Source: Hyaloraphidium curvatum SAG 235-1
Lineage: Eukaryota > Fungi > Monoblepharomycota
Reading direction: 5' to 3'
Length of the DNA: 64,000 bases
Assembly (NCBI GenBank): GCA_025558095.1
Contig: JAIVFI010000011.1
Coordinates: 682,001 to 746,000 of the forward strand
The notes under the pieces are model-generated. The model did not search any database and had not been told where the DNA came from. It worked only from the letters and a program-made list of their open reading frames with translations. A program made the position numbers and the translations under genes. Shown here one piece after another: positions 48,103 through 59,736 of the stretch. Numbering within the stretch: position 1 is the stretch's first letter; every line of letters starts with the position of its first letter.

Positions 48103-48635
48103 TTAATTCGGGCAGGTTCCCAGGGTGGGGCAGCTCTGGGTATCCAAAGCCACAACCTGCGCCCCGACGGCAGCCCCGGTCGCCGAAAAGGTCATGTAGG
48201 TCTCGCACGTCGTGGGTGGATAGAACACGACGAGCTTGCAATTGGTGTCGAGCCTGCACTTGGCCTTGCAATCTTCGAGATCGGAGGCGGTCGTCTGCTG
48301 CGAGTACTGGCCCGAGCAGGGCTCGACGTCGCCGCAGACCTTGAAGCCGTCGCTGTATCGGCGGTAGAGATGGCGCAGGGTTGGCGCGGAGACGCACGCA
48401 ACCTGGTCTGCGGAGGCGCCCGGGTAGGCAAACTCGCTGGCATGACGGCATCAGGCAATCTGATGGCTGCTTCGTTTCTCCGGTGGCCTCACCAGAAGCA
48501 TCCCGGGGAGCAATCGCTGCAGGAGCGCGCGAAAACGGCCGGCGCGACCGGGGCCGGCGAGGCGAGGGCGGCCATGGGGGTAAGGAGCAAGGCCAAGGGC
48601 GCGAACAGAATGGCGACGGCCACAGCGGGGTTCAT
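48103..48635 (-). CDS. Small secreted cysteine-rich protein with PAN/apple-like motif (1 intron)
   Basis: Not in the ORF track as a unit: signal peptide MNPAVAVAILFAPLALLL..., CSDCSPGCFC across a GT-AG intron, DLEDCKAKCRLDTNCKLVVF, stop TAA at 48103-48105. Confidence 0.7.
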
Positions 48636-49093
48636 TGCGCGAGTTGCAGAGGCAGGCCGGCACGGTCGATGAAACCCCTGATGATCGTCCCTTGATCAGG
48701 CGGAGGGACGATGAAACCCCTGCGCGTCCCCTAGGCCTAGACCCTCCGCTGCAAGACCACCGGCCCAAACTGAAGCTAAAGGGCGCGCCAACGTCTCCCC
48801 GTGTCTCCTTATGCGGCACATTCGCACGGCTTGCGGAATCGCCTGATTCCGGCCACAGGTCGTCCTTGCCTGTGTAGAGCGGCCATTGGGCCCCTTCCCT
48901 TGCCGGTCCCGCGCAACAAAGAAGGGCGCAGGTCTGATGGCGTTAGTTGGCCTTTTCTGTATCTTTCAAAGTCTGAATCATTAGGCACGTTGTTGCGCAG
49001 AAAGGTCCGCGTCTCCCGCCCGTCCGCCCTTCCGACTCGACTCACTTTTTTGAACTTGCCACCGCCTCACTTCACTCCCACCTCCTTCCGGCG

Positions 49094-50249
49094 ATGGCAG
49101 CGGCGCCAAGCATGTCCTGTGGGTTCTCCTCTCCGCGTCCACGCCCCTCTCGTTGACGCGGCCGGCGCCCTTCCAGCGAACTTCACTCCGGGAACTCATC
49201 GCCCGCAGAGGGCGGAGCTCCCGCCGCCCACGGCCCTCCGCGGGGCCCGCTTGAACCACCTCACGGGCAACATCGGCACGGTCGTCGAGGGCTTCGACCT
49301 CTCGCGGGCGACGGCCGCGGACGTGGCCGCGATCAAGCGGCTCGTTGCGGAGCGCGGCGTCCTGCACTTCACGAACCAGGAGGCCTTTGGGAACCGGGAG
49401 CAGGTCGACTTTTGCCGGATGATGGGCAAGGCATACACGCACAAGTCGGTGAAGGCCGATGACGAGTTCCCCGAGGTCATGAGGATCCATGTGGACTCGA
49501 ACTCCGAGTTCGTCTTTGGCGCGGAAGCATGGCACGCGGACATTACCTACGAGCAGGTCCCGGCCCAGTGGACCATGCTCAAGGTCACCGAGTGCCCGGA
49601 GGTCGGGGGCGATACGGCCTTTGTCTCGACCCAGGGCCTTCTCGACAAGTTCAGCCCTTTGATCCGGAACGTGCTGCGGTCGCTCTCGGCGGTGCACGAG
49701 AGCTACCATGTCTTCAAAGGTGCCTACGGTCAGGCGCACCGGAAGCCGGAGGAGGGCAAGGGGAGCTACCAGGCGGCGGTCGAAGCCCCGGAGTATCCGG
49801 AAGCCGTCCATCCCGTCGTCATCCGGCACCCTCTCACCGGAAAGGAGTCGCTCTACGTCAACCGTTCCTTCACCACCAAAATCCTTGGCATCCCGGCCGC
49901 CGAGAGCAGTGGGTTTTCGCAAGATGTCTTCTTCCAAGCTCATGTCTCACTACTACCCATCCATCATCAGCGTACCTTCTTCAATTGATTCACCACGTCA
50001 CGTCCAACGCCACGGAATGTATGTCTGCCTGCTCGTGCCATACCATTGATCGATCGCTAATGCCTCCACGTTCCAGATCAATGCCGCATCCGGTGGACGC
50101 CCAATTCTGTGACTCTCTGGGACAATTATGTAGTTCAGCACACGGCCAACTTTGATTACCCCGGACAGACGCGGACGGGATACCGCATCACGACGCTGGC
50201 CGACGGTCCGCCGCAGCCGGCAATGGCATCGGCAGGTGCAAAGCTGTGA
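49094..50249 (+). CDS. TauD/TfdA-family Fe(II)/2-oxoglutarate dioxygenase 1, ending in AKL
   Basis: WHADITYE, GGDTAF, HPVVIRHPLTGKESLYVN, WDNYVVQH. Confidence 0.92.
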
Positions 50250-50356
50250 TGTGCCTTTGCAAACGACTTGAAACAAGTGTTGAATCCAATATAATGTTGC
50301 AAATCCAAGCAAATCCAAGTTACAGAACGTTCCGTTCACGGCTCTCCCACCCCGCC

Positions 50357-52344
50357 CTAAACTCCGATCAGGTTGTTCCCCCCGTCCAGCACGGGGGCGA
50401 CGGAGTGCACCACGGCTTCGTGCTCCTCCCTCAGCTTCTCGTGGTTCACCGGCTCCTTCTTGATGTCGTCGTCGTCCAGGTCCTCGGACGCCTTGGAGTC
50501 GGTGTCCGAGGCGATCAGCGACGTCGCGCGAACGGTTCCCTCGGGGAGGTACAGGATGCCGTTGCGCTTGTCGCGCCGCCAGAGGTACTCGATCGCGACT
50601 GTCACGAAGAGGCCGATGAAGAGGGTGGTGGCGGTGTAGATATAGCCGACGGGGAAACGGGGGGCGCTGCTGGTGGGCCACAGGACGAGCTGGCCCACGA
50701 TGAAAATGGTGTCTGCGGGGTTAGAGCCGGAAGTGAGCGAACAGTTGCATGCGGAGCGGTGGTGATCCTACAGCTGGCAGTGTTCATCGTGCCGATGGTC
50801 ACGGTCCTTTCGACGGGATCCTTGTCCACCACGGCCGTCAAGTACGCCATTGTTGTCTAGAGTCCGGATCAGCAAGTGGGAAAGCCGCAACCGCAAAGTC
50901 ACCCACCCCGATCGGACTCGACACCGCGCCGAGGAAATACGCGAGCACTTGCACCGGGAACGGGACGTACCAGATGGCCAGGATTAGCATGCCGATGAAG
51001 GAGACGAACATGGGCCCGAGGATGACCCAGAAGCGGTTGTCGTAGTAGTCGGACAGCCATCCCCAAAGCAGCGTGGTAATGAGCGTGGTGGCCGAGACCG
51101 CAGTGGGGATGGTGTTGATTTGCTGCACCGTCCAGCCACCGGAGAACTTGAGGAGGAAACCGAGGTAGCCTGGGCGAGGTGACTCAGCCACGCGGACCGA
51201 AGGTGGAGGGACCGATCGGACATACCCCAGCCCGCCGCGGCCGAATTGTAGATGGCGTAGAGGATGGTGAAGAGGTACACGTGCCACCGGCTGAAGATGC
51301 GCTGGAACGTTTTCCAGTCGTACTTGATCTTGTCCTGCCTGCCGTCCTTGATCAGGCGCTCCTCGGCGAACTTTTTCTCCTCGTCGCTGCGAACGGCGCA
51401 CATGAGGATGCGTGATGGGTGGAGGCCGAGCACGCGTACGTGAAGAACTTCCACTTGGTCGTGCTCGGGTAGTCGGGGATGAGGAAGAATCCTGTTCAGG
51501 TCTGGATGTGAGCCCGTGAGTGTCTTCCGGGATGCATGCCGCTCACCGATCATGCCGGATACGAAGGAAATCCCCCCGTCGACGACGAAAAGCCATTTCC
51601 ATCCGGCGAGATTATGCGCCCCGTTTAGGTTCGTGTAGACAGCAGCCTGCAGGTAGCCCGAAAACATGGCGCCGATGTACGCGGTCACGGCAAACAGCGA
51701 GAGCCGCTTCGAGAACTCGGCGCGGGTGTACCAGCTACCGATCAGATACACGACGCCGGGGAAGTAGCCGGCTTCCAGAGCGCCGAGGATGGCCTGGCAG
51801 GCGTACAGCTGGTTGACGTTCGTGACGAAGGCCTTGCCGATGGTGACGGCCGTCCAGCCGAGCTCGAGCAGGGGCAGGTACAGGGAAGGACGGATCTTGG
51901 TGATGAAGATGTTGGAGGGGATTGCGAGACTGCGTCGAAGCGTTTGCGAGCTGCAACAGAAGCGGTCGTTCACAGCTCACACGCAGTAGGGCACGTTGAA
52001 AGCGAGGACGGCGTAGTTCAGCTCGTTCTGCAACATCCCGAGATCCTCACGCATCCCGCTGAGGAACGCGTTGTTGATGTTGGACTGGTCGAGGGTCTTG
52101 ACGAAGTAGCCGAAGCACGCGTAGATCAGGATGGCGACGTCGATCTTGAAAACCAGGTTCCGCTCCTCGGGCGTCTTCGTGTCGTAGTCCGAGTCCCATA
52201 GAATGGCGCGCCACGCTGCAGGGAAAGTCAGGCGCGTCCACGCATCGCAGAGACCCGCCGCCTACACTTCTTTGGCTTCGCCTGCGTTTCAACGGAGACC
52301 GGAACAGCGTGCGCTTCAGCTTCGGAGCCGTTCAAGCCCGACAT
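50357..52344 (-). CDS. MFS transporter, anion:cation symporter family (Fen2/Liz1/Seo1-like), multi-exon
   Basis: ERNLVFKID, LDQSNINNAFLSGMREDL, GSWYTRAEFSKR, MFSGYLQAAV, LAGWKWLFVVDG, APRFPVGY. Confidence 0.92.
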
Positions 52345-52434
52345 TACGTCGATACGGCTGCGAGGTGCAACGCGCGGTCCGTGGAGAGTGTGGCGGCCGC
52401 AGGCTCAAAAAGGTGACGGCGGTGAAGGCACCCA

Positions 52435-52533
52435 GTGGTGCCATTGCGTCCACGGGTTTTGGAGGGGTGGCGCAATTTTCGGGATTCCCTCGCACGCCCA
52501 GCCACACGGCCGGGCGCACAGGTGTGACGCCAT
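52435..52533. promoter_or_regulatory. Three CYS-3/MetR-like bZIP sites in the divergent MFS/TauD promoter
   Basis: GTGGTGCCAT (52435), GTGGCGCAAT (52467) and GTGACGCCAT (52524) versus consensus ATGRYRYCAT. Confidence 0.4.
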
Positions 52534-52658
52534 CGGCCGGACCACGCACCACCTCACCTAAACGAGCACGCCATCGCGCGTCAATCTAGAGTCTCCGGAT
52601 ATAAACTCGAGGAGCGTGCAGAGAGCCGCACCGTCTCCGACCGGCGTCAGCTGCGATC

Positions 52659-54013
52659 ATGGCCGCCCCCGCTGTCAACTCGCACGTCCCGCCTCCCCGT
52701 CCCGCTCCAGTGCAGCGCCATCTCGCCGGCACCAAGGCCGACCCCGCTAAGCGCTCGCTGGTCAGCGCAGCCGGCGCGCAGGTCAACGACCTCACGCGCC
52801 ACGTCGGGACCGAGATCCTCGGCCTGCAGGTGCGCCGTACGGCGCGCATCCGATATGCTCCTGTTGACACGCACGCGCAGCTCAAGGACTTCAATGACCA
52901 GCAGCTCGAGGACCTCGCGCTCCTCATTGCCGAGCGCGGTGTCGTTTTCTTCCGCGACCAGGACCTCAACCCCGAGCGTCTCGCTGCCATCGGCCGCCGC
53001 CTCGGCAAGACGCACGATCGCGTTCCCGGAGTCTCGCCCGACCCCCGGTTCCCTGACGTCCAAGAGATCCGCGTGGATGCCAACAGCAAGAGGAACCCTG
53101 GAAATTGGCATCAGGATCATAGCGCGGACGACGAGCCTGCGGCTGTTACCTTCTCCTACTACACGGACGTGCCGGATGCTCCTGGTGGAGACACGCTCTG
53201 GGTGCGTACTCGTACAGATACCGTGCATGCGTGGTCTAAAGCGTCAAAATGCAGGCGTCGCTCTATGAAGCCTACGACAAGCTCTCGCCGGCGTTCCGCG
53301 CCCTGCTCGACAGCCTCGAGACGCTTCAGGAGGGCGCGTACTACCCGCACGCGGTCGATTACGAGCCCGCCCGCGGGGTGGGCGAGTCCACGTTGCTCCA
53401 AGGCGCCGCTTCCTAACCACGCGAAACCGCCAGATCCATCCGCTCATCCGCACGCACCCATTGACCGGCTGGCGCATTCTGTACGTCAATTCAGCTTGGT
53501 GAGGTCCGTCATGCATCCGCCGCGTTCTTTCGTGCTCAAGGAAGCGCGATCCAGGGCCAAGCAGATCCGCGGCTTCACCAAGGCCGAGTCTGACCTGCTC
53601 CTTAACTTCCTGAACCAGCACATCGCCAACGGCGTCGAGTTCCAGGTCCGCTACAAGCTCAAAAAGAACACCGTTGCTCTCTGGGACAACCGCGCGGTGC
53701 AGCACGTCGCCACCTGGGTGTGTTGGCATCCCTCCGCCTCATCCTTCGGCTGACGTGCATGATTCTTCAGGACTACTTCCCCGACACCCGCGTCCTCAAC
53801 CGAGTCGTCGTCCGCGGCGAGAAGCCCTTCTTCGACCGCGCCTCCAAGTCCCGCCGCGAGGCTCTCGGCATCCCCATCACGCCGTCGTGGAAGGGCGACA
53901 TCGCCAACACAATCGCGGACATCTACGCCACCAACCGCGACCGCGCCTTCACGGACGAGCAGCTGTACAAGCACCTCAAGAACAAGTTCGAAGGCGGGAA
54001 GGAGAAGCTTTGA
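52659..54013 (+). CDS. TauD/TfdA-family dioxygenase 2 (Jlp1-like)
   Basis: LALLIAERGVVFFRDQD, WHQDHS, GGDTLWAS, HPLIRTHPLTGW, WDNRAVQH. Confidence 0.93.
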
Positions 54014-54126
54014 GGGGGATTGGATTGACTCGTACTTTTGCGCCGGATTCGGAGGGAACGAATAGATCGATACGAATTTGATGTCTTTCTTCTGTGCGCT
54101 CGTCCTAGTGCAGACGAAGGTGTCCG

Positions 54127-54333
54127 TTGGGTCAGGCACGTCCGTTCGTGGCCTCGACGTGCGACCACTGCGGTTCCGCGGCGCAGCGCGGGCTGAAGAG
54201 GTGCTCCCGGTGCAAAATGGCGCACTACTGCTCCTCGGAATGCCAGGTCCTGGCGTGGAAAGGGGGACACCGCGAGGCGTGTACGCGAGCGAGCGGGGCG
54301 GGGGAAGCGGCGACAACGGCAGCGCAAGGCTAG
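54127..54333 (+). pseudogene. Isolated MYND zinc-finger exon or fragment with no in-frame ATG
   Basis: CDHC...RCSRCKMAHYCSSECQVLAWKGGHREAC; upstream in-frame TAG at 54106-54108. Confidence 0.6.
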
Positions 54334-54384
54334 ATACGGCATAAGCGACTACATTAGAGCTTCTCCCCCGCCACTGCCGCCGCA

Positions 54385-55176
54385 TCACCCAAACAGCTCC
54401 GCCCCGGGCACGAACACGCCGTTCCCGTTGAGCCAGCTCCTCAGCGTGGCGAGGTCCCCCGGCCTGTGGTGCCTGAAAGCCCTGAACCCCAGCGCCCTCG
54501 CCGCGTCCACGTTGGCCTCGTTGTCGTCGATAAACAGGCACTCCCGCTCCGACAGCCCGTGCTTTTCCAGGAAGGTGGTCCAGTAGGCCGGGTCCGGCTT
54601 GCAGAGGCCGACCTCGTGCGACAGCCAGGTTCCCGTCGCGTCCCGCAGGATCGAGGCCAGGCGGGGTTCGAAGTTCCCGGAGGAGAGGAAGTCGTAGTGG
54701 AGGCGGTCCGTGTTGGAGAGGATATAGTACCGGTGACCAAGCTCCCTCACCGCCTCGGCGGTCGACATCATTTCCGGCCACGGGTCGAACATGCCGCACC
54801 ACATGGCCTCGAGCTCGGCCAGCGTCGGGAGCTCCACCTGCCCTTCGAACACGAGCGAGGCGGCTTCGGCCGCCAGCGCGGGCAGCCAGCCGTCGTCCCC
54901 GTTGGGAGACGACATGTACTTCAGCGAGCGGTCGTAGAGGAGGCCGCCGGGGTGCAAACTCTTTTTCAGCGTGCCAATCGCGTCCTTTGCATCCGGTTTC
55001 ATCCGGCACGAGGGGTTCAGCTCCCGGATTCGCTCGAAGAGGCGCTCAAAGATCCGTTCCCAGCGGAGCCGAACCAGAACGTCCCCCAGGTCCCAGAGGA
55101 CGCTTCGCGGGTCCGGACCGTCAGCAAGAGGGAAACGCACATCGAAGAAAGATCCTCACACTATCTTTCCCGGCAT
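54385..55176 (-). CDS. HAD-superfamily phosphatase (YihX-like), 1 intron
   Basis: MPGKIVVLWDLGDVL after splicing; ILSNT, KPDPAYW, FIDDNEANV. Confidence 0.88.
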
Positions 55177-55410
55177 CGCGGTCCGAATGCGATTTCGTCT
55201 GGTTGTCCGTTTGTTGTCGTGGCACTGAAATCATTCGTCTCTCAACCCGCGAGCGAAGCGAATTTTAGAGAGCCCCCTCTGCGCCCGCCATCCTCGCGGG
55301 CCGTGCGGGTGCGCTGCAAATAGCTGCCGCTGTGCCGCGCCTCGGCCGACCGGCGGAACCGCGGCAGCCGCCCGGGACGTGCGCCCCCGGCATCCCCGTC
55401 CCCCGCACAC

Positions 55411-58400
55411 ATGCTCGGCCCCGCGCCCGAGGAGCTCTTCGACAGCGACGACGACGCGCCGCAGGCGCCGAAGCGGCCGCGCTTTTCGTTCGACGATGTC
55501 ATCCATCTCATCGACTCGGACGCCGAGGGCCCCTCGTCGGGCAGCGAGTCGGACGACGACGTGCTGCCGGCAGATCTCACCGTCAAGGCGGAGCCCGGCC
55601 TGGCCGCCGGCACCGTGAAGCGCAAGAGGATGCAGGTGAAGCGGGAGGACAAGGGCAAGGCCCCCGTGAAGCAGCCGCCAAAGGAGTTCTTCCTCGTGGA
55701 CTCGGACGACGAGGGCGACGTGCACCTGTCGCAGCTCAAGGCGGACGAGGACTTTGCGAGGCGGCTGCAGTCGGAGCTGGGCCCGGCCGGCCCCTCGGGG
55801 AGTAAGAAGCAGGAGGAGGAGGACTACCTGCTCGCGCTCCAACTATCGAGCACCTGGGACAGCGATGACGACCTCATCGTGCTCGACCACAGCTGGGGCG
55901 GCAAGAAGAAAGCCGAGCCCGTGAGCTCGTCGCCTCTGCCGGTCCTGCCCGCCATCAAGCGGGATCCGGGTGCGCCCCAAATCAAGCCCGACCCGCACGG
56001 CATCGTCAAGCCCGAACCCGGCCTCGCCCAGGCACCCGTCGCCATCAAGCCGGACCCGTACGGGACCGTCAAGCACGAGCCCACGGTCGCCATCAAGCCC
56101 GATCCGTACGGCGTGCGGCCCGTCAAGCCGGAGCCGCTGCCGCAGACCGTGGCGGACCGCCTGCGCGACCTCTACACCCCCCTCACGCCGCAGCAGGTCG
56201 AGGCCGCCGCGGCCCGCGAGGCCGCAACCAACAACTACGGCGCGGGCCCGTCGCGGCTCGGCGGGCCGGTCGACGCAATGCCGGCGGGCGACGAGGTCAA
56301 GGTGCTGCTCAAGTCGGTGGAGCAGAACCTGGCGATCCAGGTCAAGCCCAAGGAGCAGCGGATCAGGACGCCGTACCGGATGACGTGCCAGCTGCTGGAG
56401 CACCAGAAGATCGGCGTCGAGTGGATGAAGAACCAGGAGGTCGGCACGGGCCACCATGGCGGGATCCTCGCGGACGACATGGTCTGTCGCGCGCGGGCTT
56501 CGATGCACTTTCTAGCTCACTCACCCCGCTTCGCGTTTAGGGCCTCGGCAAGACCATCCAGACGATCGCGCTCATGCTACTGAACCCGCCCAAGTCCGCC
56601 GACAAGGCCAAGACGACCCTCATCGTCTGCCCGACCTCGCTCCTGCACCAGTGGCAGCGCGAGCTCACCACGCGCACCATCGCCGGCACCTTCAAGATCT
56701 TCCTGCACTACGGCCCCAAGAAGGCCAAGGACCCGCGCACGTTCGCCGGGTACGACGTCGTCCTGACGACCTTTGGCACGCTGGCGGCCGAGTTCCCCGA
56801 CCTTCGCAACGAGACCAAGCCGCAGAAAGGCGACTCGTTCGCGCACCTCGGCGAAGCCGGCAAGGAGGAGGCCGACCGGGAGTTCGAGCGGGACATGGTT
56901 GAGATGGAGGAGCGGAGCGAGACCATCCGGGCGCAGCAGGGGCCGCTGGGGAGGAACGTGTGGTACCGCTGCGTGCTCGACGAGGCGCACAAGATCTCCA
57001 ACAAGCGGACCAAGGTGGCCAACTCGGCAAAGTGGCTCACGGCCAAGTACCGGTGGTGCCTTACCGGGACGCCGTTCAGCAACAGCGGTGCGTTGCCTGG
57101 CGTTCGGGAAGCACTAAGATCCCAGCTGACCCAGTTTTGCAGTCGAGGAGCTCTTCTCGCTGCTACAGTTCCTCGCCGTCCCGACCTGGTCGGACTGGAA
57201 GATGTTCAGGAAGCAGATCGTGCAGCCGATCCGGCACGGAAGCTCGAGGCGCGCGATCGAGAAGGTCCACGTGCTTCTTCAGGGTACGTCACGCCGGCTG
57301 TTGCTCGAGACGTCCCGCCTGATCCGACCCCGGTCTTCAGGAATCTGCCTGCGCCGGCACAAGATGAGCCAGCTGGACGGCAAGCCCATCCTCGAGACCC
57401 TGCCGCCCAAGACGGAGCACTCAGAGGTGGTGCACTTTTCGACGGCCGAGCGCGACTTCTACCAGGCCCTGGAGAACCGGACGCGGCTCAAGTTCAACGA
57501 GTACGTCAGACGGGGGACGGTCATGAACAACTACGCCAACATCCTCGCGCTGCTGAGCAAGCTCCGTCAGGCGTGGTGGGTTCGCTTTGGGAGGGCGAGG
57601 CATCCGTCCCCTGACAGTCTGTGGGTGCAGCTGCCATCCGAACCTCATCAAGACGGTCGCGGTCGGCCCGGGCGAGGACGACGGGGACGAGGACGACGAG
57701 GACGCGCAGGATACTGGCCTCGCCCGGCGCATGTCCGCTACCGTCGTGCAGCGGGTCAAGGAGCAGGGCCTCGACGCGGTCGAGTGCGCCGTCTGCACGG
57801 ACCAGGTCGTCTTCGACGAGGGCGTGCTCATCCAGGCGTGCGGGCACGGCTACTGCCGGACCTGCATCGAAGCCTACATCGAGGGCGGGGGGAACAACGG
57901 GTGCCCGCAGTGCCGCAAGGAGGTGAACGAGGACGCGCTGGTGCGGTTCGAGACCTTCCGGAAGGTGCACATGCCCGAAGCCGTGCCCAAGCCCAAGCCG
58001 GAGCCCAAGGACGAGGAGGAGGTACCACCGTTCAAGTCGAGCGCCAAGATTGACAGGTGCCTCGAGATCCTGGACCGCATCCGCGCCGACAAGCCGGGGG
58101 AGAAGACGATTGTCTTCACGCAGTGGCTCGGCATCCACGCGCTCCTGGCGGTTCCGCTCGCCCAGCGCGGGATGCGCTTCGTGCGGATCGACGGGCGCAT
58201 GAACGTCAAGAAGCGCGCGGAATCCGTGGAGGCCTTTGCGAACGATCCCAATGTGGGACTTGCTCGTCCGGCGGTCGGCTGAAGCACCTAACGCTCCGGC
58301 GCCGCAGGTCAACATCCTCATCATTTCGCTGCAGTGCGGCTCCCTCGGGCTCAACCTCACCTGCGCGAACCACGTCGTCCTGTTCGACGTCTGGTGGAAC

Positions 58401-58661
58401 CCTCAGGTCGAAGGGCAGGCGATGGACCGCGCGCACCGGTTCGGCCAGACCAAGCCCGTCTCGGTGCACAAGATCACGGTCGCGGACAGCGTCGAGGACC
58501 GCATCCTCGAGCTGCAAGACCGCAAGAGAAAGATGTTCCAGGCCGCGTTCGACGGGGGTTCGCTCAAGAAGATCGGAGGCCGGCTTACCCTCGGCGAGCT
58601 CCAGGATCTGTTCGGGCGGGAGGATCCGCAGGGTGGGGAGGACGACGACGATCTGTTCTGA
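55411..58661 (+). CDS. SNF2-family ATPase with RING finger (Rad5/16 group; Uls1/Rrp2-like)
   Basis: GGILADDMGLGKT, DEAH, CLTGTP, RING CAVC..CGHGYCRTC..CPQC, SAKID, GLNLTCANHV, WWNP..QAMDRAHRFGQ. Confidence 0.93.
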
Positions 58662-58731
58662 GGCACGGTGGTGATTCTTCTTTGTCGCGAGATTCGTTGG
58701 CTGTCACGATACATCAACCCTTCGACTAATT

Positions 58732-59496
58732 CTAGGCTTCGGCCTTGACGGGCGTACAATCCACCTTGTGCTTTGTCCAATCCTTCTTTTGGCAGGCGGA
58801 CGAGCAGTAGCTCGCCGATTTGCACCGCGCGCAGCTCAGCAGCCGCCCTTCGGGTCCTTCGCCCTCCGTTTTGGCACATGTCCGGCACTTCGGGGTCGGG
58901 CCGTCGGCCGAGCCGCCGAGGACCTCCACGCGGTAGTAATCCGTCAGGGAAAGGCAGAAGGCCAGGAGCAGCCCGGTCCGCTTGAAGCAGTAATCGAAAT
59001 CGACGGGGTCCGCCATGAACCCCGCCTGCACGGCCTTGGTGAACGACTCGACGGCCTCCTTGGGCATCTGCTTCACGAGCACCGTGTAGTGCGTCCCAAA
59101 GTCCTTCTCGTCGGGCGGCTGCACGTGGACGATCTGCGTGAGCTCCTCCGGCCTGGGCATCCGCTTCCCCAGGGCCTTGCGGGCGTACGCGTCCCGCACC
59201 CATTCGAGCTCCTTCCCCGCAATGTCCGACACGGACTCGGCCGAGGCCACGTAGGAAACCCTGTCCAGCGCGCGGCCGGCCTCCCCGCTCATGTCCTCTT
59301 TGTTGTACTCGGCCGCGACGGGGCTGGCCTTTTTCGACGTGGCGGGCATCTCGATCGACGCCGCACGGAGCACCTTGCGGCGCTCCGCGACCGAGAGGGC
59401 GCGCCACCAGCGGGAGAAGCCGTCCGCGTGCTCCTCCCAGAAGGCGCGGACCTGCTTGCGCACCCCGGCGAGCTCGGCGCCCGGGGGCGCGGCCAT
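58732..59496 (-). CDS. MYND zinc-finger protein, intronless
   Basis: CRTC...CARCKSASYCSSACQKKDWTKHKVDC. Confidence 0.85.
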   Translation of the reverse strand: MAAPPGAELAGVRKQVRAFWEEHADGFSRWWRALSVAERRKVLRAASIEMPATSKKASPVAAEYNKEDMSGEAGRALDRVSYVASAESVSDIAGKELEWVRDAYARKALGKRMPRPEELTQIVHVQPPDEKDFGTHYTVLVKQMPKEAVESFTKAVQAGFMADPVDFDYCFKRTGLLLAFCLSLTDYYRVEVLGGSADGPTPKCRTCAKTEGEGPEGRLLSCARCKSASYCSSACQKKDWTKHKVDCTPVKAEA

Positions 59497-59736
59497 TTCG
59501 TGCGGCGGGGCGAATAGGCGCCCCAGGCAAGAACAGAGAGCCGATCGGCGCACGGGGCGTGAGGGAGCGCCCGTCGGCGGCAGTGCGGACAGCCGACAGC
59601 GGAGCCCTCAAGGGATTGCACCGCCCTTCGCCACAACGGTGCGCCTTTCTGCGGTTGGGATTTCTGCGTGCGAGTGCGAGTGCGGGTGGGCGAGTTTGGG
59701 TGCCCGTTGGAGGCTTTGGCACTTCCGCGCTCCGCG

